A stretch of DNA of 64,000 bases from Octopus bimaculoides (taxonomy: Eukaryota), in NCBI RefSeq assembly GCF_001194135.2, contig NC_068981.1, positions 120,035,841 to 120,099,840 of the forward strand, read 5' to 3'. Under the pieces are notes generated by a model, which did no database searches, was not told the DNA's origin, and saw only the letters and a list, made by a program, of their open reading frames with translations. This document shows, one piece after another, positions 27,525-39,921 of the stretch (its first letter is position 1; every line of letters begins with the position of its first letter). Position numbers and translations under genes: made by a program.

Positions 27525-27955
27525 TGGGTACCACACCACATCACACACTAGCACTGACTACTTCCTAGCACCCACACCAGTACTGACCATTTCCTAGCAC
27601 CTACACCATCATCCACACACCTACACATGTCAATGTCACCAGCCCCCTTCCGCACGCACATACATGCTCTCACATACACACGCACCTTCGTTTTGGGATC
27701 ACCACTACTTTATTATCTCCCCTTCTTCCTAGCTCTCCTGTGTGACCCCTCTGTCCAGCATTCACCATGATAGACTGCTAGCCACTAAACCTTTTTCTAT
27801 TTTCTCTCCCTGTTTATTTCTGTATTCCTTTCTGTCGAAGAGCGTAGGCTCGAAACGTAAAAGACTTTCTCACTTCGCAAGCATTAAACTAATACATCTG
27901 CTTGTTGTTTACATACTCGTCTTCATCTTTTGTTTTTCTGTAAATTCTCACTACT
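27525..27955 (+). mobile_element. Penelope-like / retrozyme-like repeat fragment with hammerhead-like motif
   Basis: Shares ~180 nt with 41420-41602; contains gaagagcgtaggctcgaaacgt, similar to PLE terminal-repeat motifs. Confidence 0.55.
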
Positions 27956-29639
27956 GAGAATGCACTTTAGGACATCACGGTAGTGTTGTTTTTAGTACTA
28001 ATAACTGTTATGCCATTAGAATATACTATTTGAAAGACATTCATTACACATATTAACACACACAGAGCCTGTCTTACCCAGTATAAGTTGTGGACAGAGT
28101 AGGCTAATGTTCATAATTTTTGAGACATGCCTGAATAGAGAATACTTGCACACAAAGAAAACCATACAGATTTTATATTTGTGTCAAAATTTTGTTGTTG
28201 TTCCATGAGTGTGTAGCATTCTGAAGGTAGTAGCTGCACTGATTTATGTAAATAGAATGTTGCCTAATACTGCGATACTTTTTATGAAAGAGTGAGAGCA
28301 GAAAGAGTCTTAAATAAAATGCTTCATAACAGAGGTCTTTCAAATGCAGCTTGCAAACATTGCTCTGGATATGTGCTATTGCTCTCATATATATTTCAAA
28401 ATAGTAATAATATTGTTATTGCCTACATAGACAGTGAATTAGCAATGTTATTAGGGCATTAGATAGAATGCCTCATGGTATTTGGTCCGTGTCTCTGAAC
28501 TCCGAGTTCAAATCCCACCAAGGCCAACTCTGCAGTCATCTTTCAAGAGTGGGGTGGGAGTGGGGGGCAATATAACCCCCCCACCAAAAAAAAACTACCA
28601 ATCCAAGATGGTGAATTAGAGGAACAGCAAGAATATCAGACCAGATGCCTTGCAATATTTATTCCAGCTCCTTATGTTCTGAATTCAAAACCCACCATTG
28701 CCTACTTAATTCATCACCTGCACCTTAGATGCCTTTAGCAGAGTCTATTCTATGACAAGCCTTCAGACCAGGTCTCCAGTTTAAGGATATCTTCCCCTCC
28801 ACCACATCCCACACCTATCTTAGAGGTGCTGTAAAAGGTCATGTGCACTACCATCTGATAAGAAGAAAAATGGAACATTCTTACTAGGTTAATAAAATGC
28901 TTGTATTTAAAAGATTCAAGCATATTCTTACTTTATTAGAATTTCCACTGACTGTCATAAGATCAGAGATGATGAATAAGGGGGTGAGAGGTAAGCTACT
29001 GCAAAACATTCAATCTTTTTCAATATGCAGAAACTAAATGATCATCAATAATCTTGGTGAAGCTAGTTTCTGCACCACCTGTAACACACACACACGCACA
29101 CGCACACTCTCTCTCTCTCACTTAAAACTGATGAATTATCAATAAACAAGAAAGAAAACAAAGGAAGAATAAAAAGGTTAGCATATAATAAGTGCAAGAG
29201 ATAGAAAAAAAGCATTCTTTAAAAAGTAAAAAAAATTAGAACCATGTTAATTCTTATGTGTTTGATGGGCTGTATTCATTTATAAGACACACCTCGCAAT
29301 AGTTTATTAAATATGGAGTGAGGGGGATGGCAAGGTATAACAATTATGAAACAAAGAAACTTATTAAAACAGGAAGAAATCCCCACTAGACGTATAGGTA
29401 ATGACATATGTCTTACTAGAGAGTAAGAAATTATCATTAGTTACAAGTAATAACCAGTTCTTAATGAATAAGAAAAAAAGTGTATCTAACAGCATATTAT
29501 GACTTAGTTCTTACCACAGTCATTGCATCATATATTCTTTTAGAGCCAATATCTTTCATCTTTTACTTGTTGGAAGGTTTCTTTTAAAATCAAACAAAAA
29601 CCTCAGGACTAATTTTTTTAAAGAGTAGCACTTATTCTA

Positions 29640-29912
29640 TTGGGCTCTTTGGCCAAATTGTTAAGTTATGGGGGACACATCAGCACCAGTTGTCAAGCAG
29701 TGGTAAAGGACAAATACACACACACGCACACATACATATATGTATACATGATGGGCTTCTTTCACTTTCCGTCTACCAAATTCACTCACAAGGATTTGGT
29801 GGGCCCAAAAGTGTAGTAGAAAACACTTGCCCAAGGTGCCACACAGTGGGACTGAACCCCAAGCTATGTGGTTGGGAAGCAAGCTTCTTACCACACGGCC
29901 ACACCTGTGCCT
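29640..29912 (-). mobile_element. Family A SINE
   Basis: cacttgcccaaggtgccacacagtgggactgaacc...cttaccacacggccacacctg. Confidence 0.85.
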
Positions 29913-30846
29913 ATATCAAGATAATTGTTCAGATATTTTTGTTAACATAAATAAACTAGCAGAATATCCTAGAAATTTGTTTCTCACCTATTTAATACTA
30001 AATATAAGTATTTACAAACTACTATGTAATGTAAGTAGCAACTCCATGATTCACTGTTGCTACGTGAATGTTAGATTATCTAACATTATGTAGTTTCCAT
30101 AAGAACTAAAATCTTAAATTTTAATATTGCTAAGAAGATAAGTGATACAAGAACAGATAAGACATATTTCTAACAGTTGCTAAACTAGTTTTAATGCCAA
30201 TTGTGAATTATTTTTTTTTTTATAAACTTAGCATAGTTTTCATAAAATATAATGCTCATGTTTTATAACTACAAATGAAAACTCATGCTAGACTACAGTG
30301 ATGTCTTCAAACCTTATTACACAATCACTGTGTTGAATCACTGTTAAAGTAGAAAAGAAAAAGGGGGAAAAATGGCTTGCATGAGTAAGTCTGTCAGAAT
30401 GACATTTCCACTTCAGTTCATGGCTAAGCAGTCAACTGTAAAAGCAATTACCCTAACAAAATCATTATGTCTAATACCTCTGTAGAAAGGCTGATATAAA
30501 ACAGTCAGGGGGAAAATAGCTCATAAATCTATTGAAGTTAATCTACTGTACCAAATAATTATTACAATTTCTAAATTTATTAAATTGACTCCAAACAGTA
30601 TATATTACTGGACCAGCACAATTAAAATCTTAGGGCTATGGGGAACACCATTCCAGCTATTCTTGTTTACACATTTACACACAAACAATAAACTAAAACT
30701 AATAAGCATGACCATTTTCTTGAGAGAGACAATATAGTTGAATAAATAGGACATTCACAATGTTATTTGTCATTCATATATAGTTTAACTATTTTTACAT
30801 CTACACAATGTCAAAGTTTTAGATTTGTAGTGATATGTCAGACATA

Positions 30847-30967
30847 TCAGGACAATTACTCCACTTGGTTAATTACCCCCTCTCAAATATATCCTAAGAA
30901 GTTTTAAATCATCATCTGTTGTCCTCGGGGGTGGGGGGTAATTGTCTATGGAGGGTAAATGTCCTAG
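30847..30967. mobile_element. Small inverted-repeat element (MITE-like)
   Basis: Outer caggacaattactcc / ggagggtaaatgtcctag and inner aattaccccc / gggggtaatt inverted repeats. Confidence 0.4.
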
Positions 30968-31247
30968 ACTCATATCAGATCCTATTTCAGATTTATTTTA
31001 ATCCGATATATCTTATTATATCAATGTCTTAACAACCAACAAGTACTAATAGCATTCTCTTTTTTTCATAATAGCACTCACTCCCAGTTTATGAGAAAGA
31101 CACGGACAGTTGGACAGAGAAAGAGAAGTTGTTGCAGTTTATAAGCAAATTTCATTTAAATCATTATTGTCATAAAAATGTGATCTGCAACAGCTTAGAT
31201 GTTCTTTTGAAATTGCTGACAAAATACCAACTATAATCCATAGCTGA

Positions 31248-31778
31248 ACATAAGAAGCATCAGTTGTGGTGTGCAAGAGAGATGATTGCGCTGGTTTGGA
31301 CATGTGGTGAGAATGAATGAGGATAGCTGCGTGAAAAAGTGCCACTCCCTAACAGTTGAGGGAACCCGTGGAAGAGGTAGGCCCAGGAAGACCTGGGCTG
31401 AGGTGGTGAGGCAAGACCTTCGAACATTGGGCCTCACTGAGGCGATGACTACTGACCAAGACCTTTGGAAATGTGCTGTGAGTGAGAAGACCCGGCAAGC
31501 CAAGTGAGATCGTTGCCAGGGCCCTTGGACTGGCTCTTGTGCGGGTGGCACATAAAAGACACCATTTCGAGCGTGGCTGTTTTCGTGCGGGTGACACGTA
31601 AAAGCACCCACTACACTCTCTGAGTGGTTGGCGTTAGGAAGGGCATCCAGCTGTAGAAACTCTGCCAAATTAGATTGGAGCCTGGTGTAGCCATCCGGTT
31701 GCACCAGTCCTCAGTCAAATCGTCCAACCCATGCTAGCATGGAAAGCGGACGTTAAACGATGATGATGATGATGATGA
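31248..31778 (+). mobile_element. Young 5'-truncated RTE LINE (ORF2 C-terminus plus 3' UTR)
   Basis: ORF 31286..31507 RWFGHVVRM...GRGRPRKTW, typical of the RTE C-terminus; (GAT)n tail; possible short TSD ctgaaca. Confidence 0.9.
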
Positions 31779-31969
31779 TTTCTGAACACAGTCTGAAAAT
31801 TAAGTCACTATATTATTTTTATTTAAAATAAACTTTTTAGGATCTGTCATGACTTCCATCTAACATTCTCACTATGACATCTATGCCACAGAAAAGATAA
31901 TTAAAGGATAAATTTATCATAATTCTGAAGCAATTTGCATTTTGAAATGTAATACTATAGCAAAAGAGA

Positions 31970-32300
31970 AGTGCAGGAGTGGCTGTGTGATAAGTAGCTT
32001 GCTTACCAACCACATGGTTCCAGGTTCAGTCCCACTGTGTGGCACCTTGGGCAAGTGTCTACTATAGCTTCAGGCCAACCAAAGGCTTGTGAGTGGGTTT
32101 GGTAGACAGGAATTGAAAGAAGCTTGTCGTATATATGTTGGTGTGTCTGTGTTTATGTCCCTGTAACTTAGTGGTTTGGCACAAGAGACCAATAAAATAA
32201 GTACTAGGCTTACAAAGAATAAGTCTTGAGGTTGATTTGTTTGACTAAAACCAGTGCTCCAGCATGGCTGCAGTCAAATGACTAAAACAAATAAAAGAAT
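31970..32300 (+). mobile_element. Family A SINE, near full length
   Basis: tRNA-like A/B boxes (tggctgtgtgataa / ggttcagtccc), ccttgggcaagtg core, tail ccagcatggctgcagtcaaatgac. Confidence 0.85.
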
Positions 32301-32622
32301 ATGATCTACTTATAACGATTCATTAGAATCTAAGCACACCAACACATAGGATGCTAGAAATGGCTAGGTATGATAACACAGCTCACAGTGAGGTAAACAA
32401 CACTGAAGACACTGAGTGTTGGTAGGATATTGTTGACCCTAACCCAAATCCCAATTTAAACCTTAGATCTGAGTCTGGAGTTGCTTCTTGGTGTAGTGTA
32501 GGTATAAAAAGTAAACACAAATGGTGTTTAAAGGTAACAAGAGCTGTTTCAGTAGAATTTTATTAATGCAGTTATAGGAAGATTACAGCATAACATAATT
32601 CACCATCATCAGATAAAATTTT

Positions 32623-32736
32623 AAACAGGTTAGATTTCTTACATCAATCTGGACAAACCCAATGTCAGTCCATCAATCAGGACTGATCCAACTGACATAG
32701 GATTTGTCCAAATCAATGTAAGTAATCTGATTGTTT
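32623..32736. repeat. Imperfect ~46-bp inverted repeat with 21-nt loop
   Basis: 32623-32669 versus 32691-32736. Confidence 0.8.
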
Positions 32737-32858
32737 GAAACCTTACCTCTTTAAAGTTTTACTTGATGATGGTGACTCATGTTATGATGTAATCTTCTAC
32801 AAATGCATAAATAAAATACTGAAACAGCTGTTGTAAATTTTAAATACTATTTGTGTTT

Positions 32859-32901
<43 letters not shown>

Positions 32902-33199
32902 ATTTAAATGAGTTTAGTGTTTAGCTGACACAATTTCAGTTATATTTTCATGGTGCACCTAACTATACCCTACAGTATACTATCTGGTAACCACTGTTCA
33001 AAGCATATATAAATGTTTGTATCAGAAGTATCAATGTCTGCAACATTAAGTGTTCCCAATTGCAAAGCAGTATGTCAGTATAAATCAAAATGTTGAAGCA
33101 ATGGGGGAGTGGAGTATATATGTAAAAACAGCAATGGGCTCAGCATCATTGACACAAAGATGAATGAACTATATAAATACTGTTAATAGAAGTTGCTAA

Positions 33200-33900
33200 A
33201 TGAGGAGAATATTTAGGAGAGAGTGAATGAAGGAGGAGACCAGCTATTGAAAATGACAGCTATATGGTTAAAAAGACCATTAAGATTACGAAAGCAAGGA
33301 AAGCAGCCAGATCATCAGGATAGGTGTCAAGATGCTGAAAATAGTTGGCAAAGTAGAACATGCACTATTTACTCAGTCAAGAGGTAGTACAGGACGAGTA
33401 TAGCAATATCATTCATCAACTGCTACAGGTGCAAAGGAGATTCTCTCAAAAAAAAACAAAAGCAATTACAGTGATATTAAGACTGATAGACCAAGTTATA
33501 ACTTGGTCTATCTAGTTCTAACTTAGTTATTCCAAAAAATAACTATGAGTAATAATACTAGTTAAGAAGTTGGCCCAGATGATATGCAGCTCAGATCTGT
33601 TCCAAGACAAGGAATCACTGATACCTACTTTCAAATGATAAAACTACAAAAGTTTTTAGCAAAAAGCAAACAATTATGCCTAGTGTTTGTCGATCTGGAA
33701 AAGCCTTTGATAGCGTATCATGCAGTGTAATCTGGTTGGTGGGTAGAGATTAAGAAAACAAGGTATACATGAATGGTGTGTGTAAGTCATATAAACCATA
33801 TACAGAAATGTTGTTGGCAATGAGTTTAGCAAAAGAACAAGCATACAGCTAAGTGTCCATCAAAGCTCTTTTCTTAAATCCTGTCCTATTTATAATTCAC
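33200..33900 (+). mobile_element. Degenerate RTE reverse-transcriptase fragment
   Basis: Remnant motifs KAAxSSG..MLK, KFLAKSKQLCLVFVDLEK(AFD), VHQSS; frameshifted. Confidence 0.7.
33485..33512. repeat. Perfect 28-bp palindrome
   Basis: gatagaccaagttataacttggtctatc. Confidence 0.95.
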
Positions 33901-34789
33901 TAGGTCAAAACAGCTGTACATAGGAATTCCACTTCATTTTCAGAAAATAGATAAGTTCACTGGTGTGAGACCTGCTGAGTGCAGGGGTGGGGAGTGTGTG
34001 TGTGTGTGTGTGACTGCTGGGTAACTTTTAGAAAGCAACGAGGGTAAGTTCAATATTGAAATTTAAAAATGTAATTCACAAATTACTTCATGCAAACTAT
34101 ATTAAAATATCTTTATTTAAAATTATCAATGGCACAGATACACCAACATGTGTATATGTACACACACATACAATTTCTAAAATAACTAAATATAAATAGG
34201 CTGAAAGTTAAATACTAGAACAGAGCAATCATGAAAATGAGTTTATGAAAACAACCACAGGGTGCACTGGAACTCTTCTAGTATGCAATAGACTTAAAAT
34301 AAAAAATGGATGGGGAAAGAGGTTGATATAAATGAGAAAAGTTCTGAGCATGGAATTACCCATATGCTTCTTGGTTTGTCAATAGTTACTTAATATAGAA
34401 TTCTAGTGCAAACAAAACAAACAGAAGTGATTTTTTTAAAGACAATTTAGAATTGCAATACTCCACTAGAGAATTTAAGATGCTTTATTTCTGTCTAGAT
34501 CTTGGCATCTCAACAGTATCTTTTTCAAGGTAACTCCTTCAGCATCAGATCATGGGAGCATGATAGTTAAAAAAAGCTTCCATTGATAAATACACAATTA
34601 GAGACAGTGGGTAAGTTATGGTGCTGGCCTATTCTTCACAAGCACATAAGTTCAAACTTCTACAAGTACTGTGATGCCACGCCATGCTTAGCTATATCAG
34701 ATCAAAATAGGTGGAATTATATTTCACAACTGACTTGGAAGTACAACTAGTTCTAGAAACAATGGCTTTGACTACGTGTAAAAATGGTA

Positions 34790-35165
34790 AGCACACGTAT
34801 AACTATGGTTAAGGAGTTTGCTTCCCAACAAAATGGTTTCACATTCAGTTCCATTGCATGGTACTTTGGGAAAGTGCCTTCTATAATAGCTCTGTGCTGA
34901 TCAAAGCCTTGCGAGTAAATTTGGTAGAGAGAAACTAAAAGAAACCTGCCATGTGTGTGTGTGTGTACATGTTTATTTCCTTGTCTTGACATCACATGAT
35001 GGTTGTATGCAACTGCCATTGACAGACAAGTGCTGTCATTTGTTTCCAGTCTTCCATGAAAACACAGTCCAGTGAAAGGGATATATTACCTTACTTGGAA
35101 ACAGGAGGAGCAGTCAGTTATAGAAAATTCTACGCACAAGTTATCCCATGTATTAGACATATAAA
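34790..35165 (+). mobile_element. Family A-headed SINE with an alternative, RTE-like 3' part
   Basis: Same head and core as family A, but the body after (TG)n differs. Confidence 0.6.
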
Positions 35166-36476
35166 ATAAGTGAAATAATATTTTTGCACAAAGCCAACAA
35201 TTTTGAGAGGTGGGGGTAGTGAATTACAATGACCTCTGTGTGCAACTGATAATTTTTCACTGCCACTTTGGCATGTGGTCAACCTGGCCATTTACACTGT
35301 AGAGTGAATTCAACCCCAACCATTGATGCAGATCAGGATATCTCACAACAGACTATAAATACAGTGATAGACTGCACACCAAAATAGCACCTATTTTTTG
35401 ACCCCCAAAGGATGAAAAGCAAAGTCAACCTCAATGGCATTTGAACTCAAAATTGTAAAGAGCCAGAAAATGTCATGAAGTTAAATATGGTAATCTGTTT
35501 TCAGTCTGGCACTTTGTTTAAATAGTTACATCAATTTCCAGAAACACAAAGTGTTTCAAGTATCTTCTTCATTCTTAATAATGAAATGTATGCTACCAGC
35601 ATACATGATATAATTAGTCAATAAAATTTTAATGACACCCATAGTTATGATTAAAAAAATCATTATTTAAACTAGTAATAATGGTTAAAAATGCTAGGAC
35701 AACCCTGAAATTTTAATTAAAATTTATAAATTAGAAATGTAGAATGGTGACAACTCTAGTCATGTTCATGTTTATTACCTGTAACTGCAAGGCTAGAGTG
35801 TCCACAAAAAACTTATGAGTGACATAACTTAAAAGGAGTGATTGGTAAAAAAATATCCAGGGATGTTTGCTGCATGGAAACTTAACAGTAAAGTGAGCAA
35901 TAACATACTTGATGTAGTAGGATTTTAATAAATTATAACTACACTCCTAATAAGAACTATCATTATCTAAATGATTAATTTTAGTCAAAAAAGACAAACA
36001 GGTGGTGACAAGTCAATCCTCCTTATTCTAGGATGTCACACTTGGTTGGTAATTATATGTAATTATTTGTAGATATACAAAAATTAAAATGAAATTATTC
36101 CATTTTATGATTTAAAATCTAAAATTGGTTTCACTTTCACATAAGGAGAATGATCTGAGAATTACTTATTTGAAAATATAGAAGTTAAAGACATAAATTC
36201 TAAACAGTTCTGAAGTTTCCAAAAATTTATTCAAAGTAATCAAGTATAATTTATAACAAAACTATTCTCAAAGATTATTACAATCAATTTATGGTTAGAT
36301 CAGAAGCCTTATAATCTTCCAGATTACAGCTTTTTAAAAATTTGGTTTTGTTTATTAATAAATATTTTTCCCTTACACCATCTTCTATTCATGTTTCCAG
36401 AAACAAATTTTAAGCCTACTTAACACAGGTCCAGAAAAAGTAAATTAAATACTAATTTCAATGAGAAAGCAAAATT

Positions 36477-36858
36477 GTGAGGGCTCCACCGTTCGAGCGT
36501 GATCGTTACCAGCGTCACCTTCCTGGTACATGAAAAGTCATTCGAGTGAGATCGTTGCCAGTGCCGCTGGACTGGTTCCTGTGCAGGTGGCACGTAAAAT
36601 ACACCATTTTGAGCGTGGCCGTTGCCAGTACCACCTGACTGGCCTTCATGCCAGTGACACGTAAAAGCACCTGCTACACTCTTGGAGTGGTTGGCGTTAG
36701 GAAGGGCATCCAGCTGTAGAAACTCTGCCAAATCAGATTGGAGCCTGGTGTAGCCATCTGGTTCACCAGTCCTCAGTCAAATCGTCCAACCCATGCTAGC
36801 ATGGAAAGCAGACGTTAAACAATGATGATGATGATGATGATGATGGTGATGATGATAT
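36477..36858 (+). mobile_element. RTE 3' UTR with three internal repeat modules and (GAT)n tail
   Basis: Same terminal ~170 nt as the 31248 copy. Confidence 0.88.
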
Positions 36859-37405
36859 GATGAAAACAATGGAGATATCAAAAAATAAATAATTTACTTA
36901 ATTTAAAGTTTTCTATCGTATGTTGAGATATAACAGCTGAAATGATACTAAATTTTCTCTTCTGAATCAGAAACATCCATTTCCAAGTGTCAAAGAGTCA
37001 AAACATACAAATCAATTATGTTGCAGATTTCAATGACTCAAGCTGATGAACCACTTATCAGTGCTGACTAATATTACTAACAACATGATTACCACAATCA
37101 TAAGATTTTGTTTATTTATTACATTTAAGAATGTCTAGGGAAGCCAATTGTGTTGATATTCCAAAACACAGCTTATTCCATACTAGCTTAAAAGCCATGT
37201 AAAAAAAAAAATTGCCAAAATGAAAACTTGGGAATCCAAACTTTCAGGATTGTGGGTTCGGATTTGGCCCGGAATGTTTTTAATTTACTCATGGAGTTAG
37301 CCTGATTCCAAAATGGTATATGTTGGGCTATACAGCCTCTAGGAGTAAAGTTGAAAAAGTGTGACACACTGACATTCACATTTATTATACATTATTATGT
37401 TATAT

Positions 37406-37527
37406 TAAGGCAGCAAGCTGGCAGAATCGTTAGCACACCAGGCGAAATGCTTAGCAGTATTTCGTCTGCTGTTAGGTTTCAAGTTTGAATACCGCCGAAG
37501 TTGACTTTGCTTTTCATCCTTTCGGGG
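37406..37527 (+). mobile_element. Young family B SINE, interrupted by an assembly gap
   Basis: taaggcagcaagctggcagaatcgttagc...cctttcgggg; retains CpGs. Confidence 0.88.
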
Positions 37528-37706
37528 NNNNNNNNNNNNNNNNNNNNNNNNNNNNNNNNNNNNNNNNNNNNNNNNNNNNNNNNNNNNNNNNNNNNNNNNN
37601 NNNNNNNNNNNNNNNNNNNNNNNNNNNNNNNNNNNNNNNNNNNNNNNNNNNNNNNNNNNNNNNNNNNNNNNNNNNNNNNNNNNNNNNNNNNNNNNNNNNN
37701 NNNNNN
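37528..37706. other. Assembly gap (N)
   Basis: N run. Confidence 1.
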
Positions 37707-38765
37707 TGTGTGTGTGTGTGTGTGTGTGTTTGCGCTTGCGCCAGAGAGAAAGCAAAAAGTAAAACAAAAATGATAATGTTCAGTATGTTAGCAACAGGAA
37801 TTTCTGTCAAAGAGTTGTACATCTCCCTCTTCCTTTATTACTCCCACTGCCACCATCAACTCTCCCTAAATTTCTTTGTCTTCGCCACTCCCCTCACCAT
37901 CTCTATACCTACTATTACTCACCCCATCATGAGGGATAGTAGGAGAGTCATTGAATAGTGAGAGAGGGGGTCTAAGGGTGACACACAGAGATTATTTTTG
38001 GCATTTATTATATTAGATTATTTCCAAACTCATCTGCAAGTGTCACAGCTTCTGCTTCCATCTATCTCTTAAATTACTGAAGAACGTAAAGAACAATTGC
38101 TTATGTTAAGCTCTTTAATTTTCTAATAGCTATATATAACTTGAATGGAACTTTGTTTGTGTTTCAAAGATTAATAAGATTCAAAAATGTGCTACTATCC
38201 ATAATTGAATTTCAAGAAACCATTCCTTCCAAGACAAGAAGTATAGTATATATAGTTATTTATATGCAAGATATCTTTAATTTACAAAACACTTTCTTTT
38301 GCAATATTTTAATCTACAATGGATTTCAACAATATGTACCTGAACTGTAAGGCAAATCTACATTAACTATCAAAATCATATACATTGGTTATTCATTCAT
38401 TTTAGGTATACATACATATCTTTTTAGTATTTTGCTGGTTTCAACCATTTTGTTGTCATACAGGGACACCACTATGATGTATTTCATTTAAGCTTTTTGT
38501 TCAGTATTTTGTGAATGAGAGAGTTTAATGCTGCAGCCTCTTTCCTGCTGTGACTGTGACAGATTTGTCGGAGATTGTACAAAATATAAGACTCAAGACT
38601 TCTTTTGGAAAGTGCTGACATCTACACTACACATAATAAACCTTTTTTTTTTTGAGGAAGAACATTGAAGGACAATGTGTGCCTCTTTAAATCTCAAGAC
38701 TATACAGTACATTGTTGCTAGTGAAAAGGAAGCCATAAATTTTAGAACTATACAAAACTATCTAG

Positions 38766-39029
38766 TTAACCCATTAGCATTTAAAATGGTCATATCTGGC
38801 TAAAATAATCAACCTTCTAAGTAACCAGATCTTACCCTATAATATTATTACCCTCCATGCTAGCATGGAAAGTGGAAGTTAAACAATGATGATGATGACT
38901 TACCCTACAATATTATTCTAAAAATAAACAACCACATCATTAAAATCTCAAAGCTACAAGATAAGGCATGACTAATCAATGTGAATAAATAAGCATTACT
39001 TTTGAGTAATCTAAATGCTAAAAGGTTAA
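38766..39029. mobile_element. Same MITE family carrying a nested RTE tip
   Basis: ttaacccattagcat...atgctaaaaggttaa. Confidence 0.75.
38850..38898 (+). mobile_element. 49-nt RTE 3' tip inserted in a MITE with a 19-bp TSD
   Basis: TSD cttaccctataatattatt (38831-38849) / cttaccctacaatattatt (38899-38917). Confidence 0.85.
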
Positions 39030-39149
39030 AGCGGGTTTCTATAGCTTTCTATGATGAAGTTTGGTGTGACTTGCTCCATAAATGTGCAGATGACTCTATA
39101 TTACCCACTTTATTCTAGGAAATGTGGCCATATATATGTATGTGTGTGT

Positions 39150-39500
39150 AGGTGCAGGTGTGGCTGTGTAGTAAGAAGCCTGGTTCTCAACCACATGGCA
39201 TCTTGGGCAAGTGTTTTCTACTATAGCCTCAGCCCACCCAAAGCTTTGAGAGTGGATTTGGTAGATGGAAACTGAAAGAAGTCCATTGTATATGTATGTT
39301 TCTTTGTATCTGCATTTGTCCCCCATCTTCATGGTGTCAGTGTGTTTACATATGCATAACTTAGAAATTCAGCAAAAAAGACCAATAAAATAAGTACCAG
39401 GCTTTGAAAAAATGTATCAGGGTCAATTCATTCAACTAAAAATATTTCAAGGCAGAGCCCCAGCATGGCTGCAGTCTCATGACTGAAACATGAAGAAAAA
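39150..39500 (+). mobile_element. Family A SINE (copy 1 of a tandem pair)
   Basis: Head, core and tail all present. Confidence 0.85.
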
Positions 39501-39544
39501 AAAAAAAGAAAAAAAAAAAAGAGAGAGAGAGACAGACATATATA

Positions 39545-39921
39545 GTTGCAGGTGTGGTTGTGTGGTAAGAAGCTTGCTCCCCAACCACATGGTTTCAGGT
39601 TCAGTCCCACTGCATGGCACCTTGGGCAAGTGTCTTCTACTATAGCCTCGGGCTGACTAAAGCCTTGTGAGTGGATTTGGTAGACGGAAACTGAAGCCCA
39701 TCGTATGTATATATGTATATGTTTGTATCTGATTGTCTCCCCACTATCGCTTGACAACCGATGTTGGTGTGTTTATGTCCCCATAACTTAGCGGTTCAGT
39801 AAAACATACTGACAGAATAAGTACTAGGTTTATAAAGAATAAGTCCTGTGATCAATTTGTTCATCTAAAGGCAGTGTTCCAGCATAGCTGCAGTCAAATG
39901 ACCGAAACAAGTAAAAGAAAA
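39545..39921 (+). mobile_element. Family A SINE (copy 2 of a tandem pair), full length
   Basis: Head, core and tail all present. Confidence 0.88.
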
